64,000 bases of DNA, from the IMG/VR virus record IMGVR_UViG_3300021376_000051, positions 1,205 through 65,204 of that record; one strand, given 5' to 3'. The DNA is from a virus. Lineage: Duplodnaviria; Caudoviricetes. The translations under genes were made by a program, and so were the position numbers. The notes beneath the pieces are model-generated. The model made no database searches. It saw nothing but the letters and a program-made list of their open reading frames with translations, and was not told where the DNA came from. Positions 9,144 to 17,000 of this stretch are shown piece after piece (within the stretch, counting starts at the first letter, position 1; each line of letters begins with the position of its first letter).

Positions 9144-9389
9144 TTAGAATGGTAGACTGGTTGCCAAAGGCTCAGGAGCCGGCGGCGGTTCGGACTTTGG
9201 CGAGGGTCGGCTAAGCTTACCCTTGAAGGCAGGAGCCTTCGGGTGAGCAGCCCCCGAGTTATCCCACATACTGATGGGATACTTAACGCCATTGATCGTA
9301 ACATAACCATTGAGTGCAGGGCTAGCCGGGTTTTCCGAATTAACCTTCCACACATCTATCCGAATATTAGGTGCGTTTGTTTCTTGCAT
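9144..9389 (-). CDS. Small putative ssDNA-binding protein (DUF736-like)
   Basis: NPASPALNGYVTINGVKYPISMW...KAPAFKG; Pro-rich linker; C-terminal LPF. Confidence 0.6.
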   Translation of the reverse strand: MQETNAPNIRIDVWKVNSENPASPALNGYVTINGVKYPISMWDNSGAAHPKAPAFKGKLSRPSPKSEPPPAPEPLATSLPF

Positions 9390-9476
9390 TTGTAAAACTA
9401 TTGTAAATATTATCTAGGACGTTTCCTAGGATTGATAAACCTAGACAAATTATCAACCCCGATACAAGGTAAAACA

Positions 9477-9545
9477 TTATTCCTCTGATTCGTAGGAAGA
9501 CATTAGATCTTCCCATTCAGCTACTAGCTTCCAGTCTTCTTCCAT
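9477..9545 (-). CDS. 22-aa acidic micro-ORF
   Basis: AGGGAG RBS followed by MEEDWKLVAEWEDLMSSYESEE*. Confidence 0.4.
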   Translation of the reverse strand: MEEDWKLVAEWEDLMSSYESEE

Positions 9546-9569
9546 GAAACTCCCTGGTTAGGATTACGT

Positions 9570-10200
9570 TAACTTCTTAAAAGACATTCCACACATCTCT
9601 GCGAAGAATGCCATATTGAGGATTCCTAGTTCGACCTCAATCTTTATCAGGGGATGCCTGATAACTTTTGGCTAACTAATATGCCAAGGCTAAGGAAAAG
9701 ACAACCTAAGGGTTAGCCTAGGTTGTCCCATGTAGGTCTTTACATTATCTCTTACCAGAGTAGATATAGACCTTAGACTATCTACTCTTGGTTATCCAAT
9801 AACCGATGAAACGGTACATATTAGGGGTGTTTCATGTCCCTAACTGACTTCCGGCTTGAATTGAGTCCCCCATGTAGATCCGTCAACCTACACGGGACGC
9901 ACTATGCTTATGCTTCTATTTAACCTCGCATAGTCGAGGTATCCCTAATGCCGTGTTACCACCCTAGGATAAACGGGTGACACTTGCCTGCCTAAAGGCC
10001 GGTATAATAACCACAATGGTAGGCTTACCCATTGCTACACCCTTGCGGGGCGTTTATTACCTAGGTTTGCGGCCTAGGTAATATCCTATTAGGTTCTTCC
10101 CGTTGCAACGGTTCACCTCCTTAAGTTTGAAAGATATCCCACAGGTTTCCCCGTGGGATACCAGCTAGACTTGTTTCTAGCACGGGTGGAATGTACCACC
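9570..10200 (-). ncRNA. Large structured RNA with hairpins and tandem H-type pseudoknots
   Basis: Near-continuous stem-loops; GAAA/GCAA tetraloops and G-U pairs point to the minus strand; four hairpin loops have exact downstream complements. Confidence 0.7.
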
Positions 10201-10204
10201 TATT

Positions 10205-10321
10205 TGGCGTGGCCTGGCAGGATTCCAGCGGGTACCTGCATCATCCGATTTACGTGACCTAGCTTGGCCCTACGGGTCCTTTGATCAGATCGGTGCTTTG
10301 AATCGTTAAGCTACAGGCCAC
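10205..10321 (-). ncRNA. Aberrant tRNA-like element (8-bp acceptor stem + GCCA, expanded anticodon and T loops)
   Basis: GTGGCCTG/CAGGCCAC acceptor; GCTT/AAGC D-stem; CCGAT/ATCGG anticodon stem; GCAGG/CCTGC T-stem; encoded CCA. Confidence 0.75.
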
Positions 10322-10329
10322 AAGTGGGG

Positions 10330-10358
10330 ATTTTAACCGTGTTTTAAGCCACAGTCAA
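10330..10358 (-). promoter_or_regulatory. Sigma70-type promoter
   Basis: TTGACT-17 bp-TAAAAT; the predicted start (~10323) lies at the 5' end of the tRNA-like element. Confidence 0.75.
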
Positions 10359-10452
10359 CCACTAGTTTGTTGTCCACAATTTATTAATCCCCTATGGACG
10401 TTTGCTTGGGATACCCTAGTTGGCTTAATCCAACTACCCGGGCAGGGTTGGC

Positions 10453-10539
10453 ACCTAGAATGCCATTAGAAGCCACGGAACTGGTGACCCCTACCATGTG
10501 GGGGTTGAGACAGTGCATGACCTCTAATGGAAGCCTAGG
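10453..10539 (-). ncRNA. Long rod-like RNA hairpin
   Basis: CCATTAGAGGTCATG pairs with CGTGGCTTCTAATGG over 15 bp including G-U pairs (minus strand only), closed by CCTAGG/TCTAGG. Confidence 0.5.
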
Positions 10540-10548
10540 GGCTTGGGA

Positions 10549-10590
10549 TAAAAGCAGGGGCACCCAAGCAAGATTGCCTGGATGCCCCTG
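10549..10590 (-). terminator. Probable intrinsic terminator
   Basis: CAGGGGCATCC...GGGTGCCCCTG followed by CTTTTAT, just after the 10609 stop codon. Confidence 0.55.
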
Positions 10591-10608
10591 TTTCGTCTGT
10601 TTCCAGCA

Positions 10609-10812
10609 TTAAAGCTGGGTTTCAATCAGTCCACGGGCTTCAGCCTCGGCCAAGATCCCCTGAATCTTCGATTCGGAGGTGACCTTACCGCGCTGGACCT
10701 GGATGACCAGATTCAGCAGCTCCTTGTCGCCCAGCCGGGTGTAATCCACGGTGAGCTGCGGACGGGGGAGGGCCACAAGGGCCTTCGACGTAAAGGTGAT
10801 GTTGATGGGCAT
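10609..10812 (-). CDS. Small hypothetical early protein
   Basis: AAAGGA RBS before MPINITF; GC-rich codon usage. Confidence 0.6.
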   Translation of the reverse strand: MPINITFTSKALVALPRPQLTVDYTRLGDKELLNLVIQVQRGKVTSESKIQGILAEAEARGLIETQL

Positions 10813-11073
10813 CACCAATCCTTTCTGGGAACCACTGATGATAGTGAACATTCCCTTTGGGTCCAACATCAGCAGCCACTCGCGCGAGTGATCTTACTGA
10901 TGTAAAATCGCAAGAGTGGCGCGGAGCGAAGCGGAGTCGCCACAACGGGAGGGCAACCAAAGGCAAGCCCTGCGCTGAACGGAGCGTGTGGCTCCGTGAA
11001 GTCCGCTCTAGGGGCACTTATCCCTAGGGGATAATATTATTAGTTAATTGAACCTATGAGTCAGGTTATTGGC

Positions 11074-12963
11074 TTAGCCCATGAAGTTGCGGGAAGCCGT
11101 GAAACGATGCTCGTTGATGGGCTTCCATCCCTCCTTCCAGATCTTGTGGTTGAGGTGGACCTGGTACTGAGCCAGGTTGTTTGCAAGGCGGGGTTCGGTC
11201 ATGTACATCTTCTTGTACAGAACCTTCCACGCCATCTTGACGAAGCGCACACCCGCACAGCAAGTGCCGTGCGAGTCATGGATGGGCGAGTAGGGCAACC
11301 CCTTGATTGCCATGAGCCGAGCGATGCCCGACACATGGGCAGCATCTTCCGAATGGATCACCAACGGCGGGGCTGCCGATGCCTGCTTGATCAACTTACG
11401 CTTCATCAGCGTAACCTTGATCTTGCGGTCCCCAACCGTGAACTCCACACGGTTAGGCTTCTCGTCCTTGTCCCAGTCATGCTGGAACACGAACGACTTG
11501 GCCCCGTCATGGTGATGCCAAGTGAAGATCTGTCCTTTATCGTGTGCCTTGCTGTAGGCATCACGGACAAGGCGGATGAACTCCCGAAGCTTCGGGAACA
11601 TCCGCAACAAGGACTCATGGTACGCCTTGGAAACTTCCAAGGCATCGTCCCATGCGGTATCCAGACGATCCACCCAAACATCAACCCAGTCTGGGTTGAA
11701 TGCCTCTGGGTCCTTGGTCAACAATGCCTTGGCCTTCTTCGGGCAATAGTTATTGCCCTCTGAGATGCGGTCCCAGTCATCCCCGTCCTTGAGGATGAGG
11801 CCCTTGGCCAAGCCGCCCGGTCCTGCGCCATAACCAAGGCGCATGACAAAGTACTTGGCCTCTTCAGGGTGGAAGAACTCCAACAAGGTTCCGCCATAGC
11901 CAGCCTGTGCTGACTTGGCAACCTCCTTGTACAATGACTTCTTCCTCTTGGTGCCACCAAGGTTGGTGTACCAAGCGAGAGTTGAGTCACCGCACAACCC
12001 GGCAATCCTCTGGTATCCGTCTGAAGTACAGTCCTGCTGGAAGATGTAAGAGGTTGCCCCCGTGTCTTCCAGCTCGGCCATTGCCACGGCCAACTCAAAC
12101 CGGGAAATGATTTTGGTTACCTTGCAGCCGAACCAGTCGGCTGCACTCTTGAGATGGGCAATAGCCCCATCTCGCGGGTGGAAAGGCTGTTCCTGGGTAG
12201 GAACAAACCCTTCCTTCTCTGCCTCCGCATGGGTCATCGCCATGCGGACGCGGAAGATCAGTTCACGGTAGTTACGGGGAGTAACCCCATCCTCCTTGGC
12301 AACCGCCCAGCAAGCTGCCAAGTTTGCCGCCTTGTCTTTACCAAGGCTGTAAGCCTTGGCGTAGCCCATCAGGCTACGGACGAGCACACCGCCCATGTGG
12401 GCAAGCGTGTCGGGGAAGTAGAACCTCCTCCGCTTGAAGCAGTAGAACCTAAACACATCGGTTCCCTGCTTTTCGGCCTGTGCCACGGCCTTGAGAGCCG
12501 TGGCAAACTTGAGGCCCCCGCCCTCGGCACCGGGCATCTTCTGCCCAATGCTGTACAGGCGAGAGCTACCGAACGCCTTCAGGAATCGGAGAGCTTCCGG
12601 CCTGAAGGCGTACTGAACTCCCTGAAGGAAGTTCAGGGTGTCCGCATCTGCTGCGGACAACCCGGGCATCTCCTCCCAAACAGGAGGTTCAGCCCGGACA
12701 AGGAGCGCAGTCTTGGGCACAACCCAGATGCGCTCCGACCGATGGCCGTCATCCGTGATCACTTGCTCACGGCTGATGGCGTACTCAGGCCGCAGCAGCA
12801 GCTGCTCCACGGCCTTCTTGGCGGCAGCACCCAGCTCTGCCTCGTCGCCAAGGAACGTGCATGCGTCCTTGGCGACGGCCCAGCACCGCTGGATGGTGAG
12901 CGGGTATGTTACCCGCTGAACCAGCGCGCTGAGCATTGCACTGACAATCTTCTTATTGGTCAT
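11074..12963 (-). CDS. Second, highly divergent T7-superfamily single-subunit RNA polymerase
   Basis: Motif A QQDCTSDGYQR; motif B AKYFVMRLGYG; FTW; PPLVIHSEDAAH; motif C SPIHDSHGT; all in the correct order; GAGG RBS. Confidence 0.85.
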   Translation of the reverse strand: MTNKKIVSAMLSALVQRVTYPLTIQRCWAVAKDACTFLGDEAELGAAAKKAVEQLLLRPEYAISREQVITDDGHRSERIWVVPKTALLVRAEPPVWEEMPGLSAADADTLNFLQGVQYAFRPEALRFLKAFGSSRLYSIGQKMPGAEGGGLKFATALKAVAQAEKQGTDVFRFYCFKRRRFYFPDTLAHMGGVLVRSLMGYAKAYSLGKDKAANLAACWAVAKEDGVTPRNYRELIFRVRMAMTHAEAEKEGFVPTQEQPFHPRDGAIAHLKSAADWFGCKVTKIISRFELAVAMAELEDTGATSYIFQQDCTSDGYQRIAGLCGDSTLAWYTNLGGTKRKKSLYKEVAKSAQAGYGGTLLEFFHPEEAKYFVMRLGYGAGPGGLAKGLILKDGDDWDRISEGNNYCPKKAKALLTKDPEAFNPDWVDVWVDRLDTAWDDALEVSKAYHESLLRMFPKLREFIRLVRDAYSKAHDKGQIFTWHHHDGAKSFVFQHDWDKDEKPNRVEFTVGDRKIKVTLMKRKLIKQASAAPPLVIHSEDAAHVSGIARLMAIKGLPYSPIHDSHGTCCAGVRFVKMAWKVLYKKMYMTEPRLANNLAQYQVHLNHKIWKEGWKPINEHRFTASRNFMG

Positions 12964-12983
12964 GGTTACCTCTAAGAAAACTT

Positions 12984-13067
12984 GTGGTCATTTAAACTGT
13001 TGACCACTTGCAGTTACCCCAAAGGGGAAGCCCAAGGTAAGACACTTAAGCCTTACCTTGGGGTAGT
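12984..13067. repeat. Structured direct repeat, copy 1 (three hairpins)
   Basis: 37-bp core CCCAAGGTAAGACACTTAAGCCTTACCTTGGGGTAGT at 13031-13067 is identical to 13489-13525. Confidence 0.9.
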
Positions 13068-13088
13068 CATCGAACGCAGGAGATCAGG

Positions 13089-13439
13089 TTATCGAACGCA
13101 TGAAATCAGGCGGTCGATATTAAATGACCGCTTCTGTGGAGGCTTTGCCTGTGTGATTTCAATCCCGATCACGCACTTCCCAACCACTTCGATGACAACA
13201 AACTCGTCAAACCTCCGAAGTGAACCGTCGATCTTCATGAATCGGACTAAGTACAGCCGGTCACCAGGTTGAAAGTTGTGCCCGATGAACCAAGGCGTTG
13301 GGTTACGATTGTATCCCGCTGCCTCCTTCTCCTCGTCCGAGGTTGTGAGGAGGATGGCAATAACGCCACCCAGGATGAGGAGGACAGCCGCAAAGCAGAT
13401 GTAGAACAAGATTTCCATCTGAGTCTCGCTTTCAATCAA
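13089..13439 (-). CDS. Membrane-anchored early protein with a small SH3/WYL-like beta domain
   Basis: N-terminal TM helix; F.PGD...RF.K.DG..R...RSFNIDRL. Confidence 0.6.
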   Translation of the reverse strand: MIESETQMEILFYICFAAVLLILGGVIAILLTTSDEEKEAAGYNRNPTPWFIGHNFQPGDRLYLVRFMKIDGSLRRFDEFVVIEVVGKCVIGIEITQAKPPQKRSFNIDRLISCVR

Positions 13440-13444
13440 GGCTA

Positions 13445-13525
13445 GGCCATTTGAACTGTGGCCCTTACAGTTACCCTAAACAGGGAATCCCAAGGTAAGA
13501 CACTTAAGCCTTACCTTGGGGTAGT
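13445..13525. repeat. Structured direct repeat, copy 2
   Basis: Same 37-bp core plus covarying flanking hairpins. Confidence 0.9.
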
Positions 13526-13539
13526 ACTGCGACTATCTA

Positions 13540-14013
13540 TCAACCACCAAACGAAGAATGCTTGTGCTGAGCCGAAACAACCTTTTGATGTGGAATCACC
13601 ATATAAGGTGCTTCCACAAAACCATAAAACTTGTTAACCCACGGCGCGGGAATGCTCATCTTGTCCCATGTAACATAGGCAAAGTACCAATCCCGCATGA
13701 CCCATGTGGATGTAACCACATCCAACAGAGTAACCGCCTCCCCGTTGAACTCGACATAATCCAAGTATGGACCTTCGTCCCACACCCACCCCTTGATGTA
13801 GGTGTTATCTCCGCGAACGATCCGGTGAAGGAGTGAACGAACACTCCAACATCGTCGAACAAGGCGCACCCAGCGAACCCGCTGGTTGCGTTCGCGGCAG
13901 TGCTGCGTTTCTGACGAAACAATGGAGAGAATCAAACGAACCCACAGCTGAATGGTAACAAAGAAGTGCTTCACGATCAAACTCGCTTTCTGGTACAAAT
14001 GTACCAAATTCAA
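13540..14013 (-). CDS. Hypothetical first early protein (start uncertain)
   Basis: Longest minus-strand ORF before the repeat; aromatic-rich C-terminal half. Confidence 0.45.
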   Translation of the reverse strand: MNLVHLYQKASLIVKHFFVTIQLWVRLILSIVSSETQHCRERNQRVRWVRLVRRCWSVRSLLHRIVRGDNTYIKGWVWDEGPYLDYVEFNGEAVTLLDVVTSTWVMRDWYFAYVTWDKMSIPAPWVNKFYGFVEAPYMVIPHQKVVSAQHKHSSFGG

Positions 14014-14097
14014 GCCAAAAACCCAGGGCTACGGGGGAAAATTACCAACGATGATAATCTATCCACCCCGACGAATTTTTTTGACCCCTAAGTCGAT

Positions 14098-17000
14098 TTA
14101 CAGTAAAGCTTCTGGTGCCTGTATTGGCTGGTTAGCCTTTTGTAAATCTACGGATGTGGAAGTTTGTTGTGGTTGTGGTTGCTGTGGTTGTGGCTGTGGC
14201 AACTGTGGTTGCTGTGGTTGTGGCAATTGTGGTTGCTTAGGTTGTGGCAATTGTGGTTGCTGTAGTCTTTCCGAACTACGCTTCAAGTATTCTTCTAGAT
14301 GTCTTTTTGGGATATTGTTATATTGTGTTTCTTTTTGCAATACTGTTGGATACTCTGGGAACATTTCTCTAATTAGTGCATTTGTTGTATCTTCTACTGG
14401 TGTAGACATAGAATCTATAATTGCTGATATGTCTCCCTTGGCTCCTCTATACGAGCCTCCTGAGGTTGGCGAGCTAGTTCCCCATGCTTGTGCTACGGCT
14501 ACTCTAATTGGTAGTGAGTAACCGTTGGCAATTAGCCAAGGCCCCAATGCTTTATAAGCAGCCCAGGTTTTGGCATCCCAAGTTTCTTGTGGTGATGCAA
14601 ATGCTTCAACCATTTTGTATATATCTCTAAATTGTTGCATTAATCCAGCTTCAGCAACAGAGCTAAGCATACCACCCTGTGATCTACCAGTTGCTGCTGC
14701 TAAACTAGCATTAGCAATTAACCCTAGTATGTTATTACTAAATGCTGGATTACGCATGATGTATCTACCAATTTCGCTGATATTATCTTTTCTATTAAGT
14801 TTTTCTAGAATATCTTCATAACTTAATGTGCCTCTAGCTAAAGCAAGGACAAGATTATAAGTAAAGTCTAGTAAACTTGAAGTTGCAAGCATCATACCCA
14901 TTTTTGGAAAACTAGCTGTACTACCCCTTCTAATTATTTGCTGAGCAACAAACAAAGAAGTATATGATTTATAGAATGTTAGCAGATCGGTAGCTAGGTT
15001 ATCACTTCGTGGGGCATCTAGTGCTTTACGGACAACCATACCTCTTGTTGTGTTAAATTCTTGGAATTTAGCCATAGCTGTTTTAGCTAGACTTAGTTCA
15101 GCTAGTAATTCATTCCTAGTTAAGAATGGTCTTGGTACTGGTCCGGTTGATCTTGGTGAGGTTGAGTCTTTTAGTTCTAGTTCGACATCCATCATATCTT
15201 GGAATAGAATAACACCTCTAAATGTATTCTTTTCTGTTCTAATATATCGCAATGCCTCTAGTCTCTTGCCCTCTAGTAAACCAGATTGAATTATATATAC
15301 AGCAACTTCTTGGTCAATGAAACCTAACTTGTTTTGCCGTAGTAATTCCTTAATTTGGCCAACTGTGGTTGGTTTAATTGCAGCAGCCCTATAGGCATCT
15401 CGGAATCTATTGAGATGTCCCATTCTTTCTAGTTTAACTATTAATCTATTACCAGCAGCATCCATAGCAACTCTTACAGATTTCATTGCACTGGAGTTGG
15501 AGCGGGATCTATTTAGTTTCCATCTATCCCAGAATCCTAATTTTTCAATTAGATCTGAAGATGGATCCATAGATAAGAGATTGCTTGGTAACATTGGTGA
15601 AGTAGTTTCTTCAACAAATGATAAAGTATTTTGAGCAAGTCTTCTAATCTTTCTTTGTCTGATTGGGAAGAATTGTCTTTTTGTTCTTCCACTTGCGTCT
15701 GTTACTTTTCCTGGGAAACCAGAAGTATCTACTATAGCATTTGCCGCATTAACTATACCATCTTCTACCATATCTCTTAGGAATCTAAAGGAAGATATAA
15801 CACCAACAAACGGGTTGCTTTCTTGGAACATTTGCGACATTGTACTCATTACACCCTCTACCATATAAGTAGCTGTGTTGATATTCATACCGAATCGCAT
15901 CAATACTAATGTTTTAGCTCGGTTGTTCCAATCTGCTAGGCTTTGGCCCATGTCTGTGGTATCTCGTACTAGATTACCCTTTGTTTCTAGTAGCGCAAGT
16001 CTAAGTCTATTGATACCTTGACGCATTAAAGCGTTGTTATCAATCTTTAGGTTTCTTTCTCCACGTTGATCAAATAGGGTAATGTTTCTGCTATTGGAAT
16101 TAACTGTTTGATCATTCTCAGCTTCAAACATATCTAAGATCTGAGATATATTGAAGTATGCATTTGGAATACCTGATAGCTGCTGAACCATTTTACGTTC
16201 AATAGCATCATATGCAATCTTACCAGTACCCTTAGCCAATGTTGATAGATTTGTTTCAAACAACTTAAGCATGTTTGGGTTAGTTGATAAGAATACATCT
16301 CTGCTGGTTAGGAATACAGAATCCTGTTTAAATAGCGCAGAAGACTTTGTAACTCTATTTAGAAACTCAATGGTTAGTACATCAGATGGACCCAAGATAC
16401 CAGTCATTTCTCCAGTTAAACCATGTGGCATGTTTCTATCAGAAATACTAAAGTGTTTTCTTACGTCATCTCTTTGGAACTTAGTATTCCATCTTTCGGC
16501 TGTTTTTTCATCTGTAGGAATTAAGAATGCTTTCTTAAAAGCTAGTACAACCATATCCATATTTTGGGTTGTCATCCCACCAAATGTTTTTTCTAAAGTA
16601 ACATCACCATCTCTAGTTTGCCATAGTATTTTATGAATTATTTCCTGCACATCTTTATGGATTCTAACTAAAGATTGTGTAGAAGCATAATCGGCTACTG
16701 TTGTAATACCTGTTCTACCGATTGATTTTTTTGCAGCTGTTCTTACAGCCCAATTTATAATTGCTTCTCTACCACCATTAGCAATAGTATCCTTACCGGA
16801 AATAATATCAGCCACAACCTTGCTTAAAGATGCTTCATCTGCTACTAGCATTTCTTCTGGATTTAGTGGAATTATTCCAGAAGTATATCCTAGTAATGGA
16901 GAGAATGTTGCATACTTTCCATTAGCATCTAACATTGCTATATTCTTACTAACTAGTTCCTTTTTAATTATATCAAACGCATCTCTAGCTAGGTTACGAT

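Noticed and set aside
9570-10321. tmRNA or permuted tmRNA (tRNA-like domain + short ORF + pseudoknots)
   Set aside because: No GGGG 5' end or G3-U70 alanine identity; the cloverleaf has a full D-arm and closes before the pseudoknots; the ORF has its own SD
10590-10632. Hammerhead ribozyme-like CTGA..GA / GAAAC on the minus strand
   Set aside because: Core reads CTGATTGA rather than CUGANGA, lies in a coding end, and stems I and III cannot be formed
11056-12975. Long plus-strand ORFs (235 and 273 aa) opposite RNAP2
   Set aside because: Antisense shadows expected from GC-rich codon usage; no motifs
13031-13525. CRISPR mini-array (37-bp palindromic repeats)
   Set aside because: Only two copies separated by ~420 bp containing a gene; no cas genes
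13952-14521. Plus-strand Cys/Gly-rich ORF (CGCCGCG...) resembling a metallothionein
   Set aside because: It is the antisense shadow of the Pro/Gln repeats at the end of the giant protein
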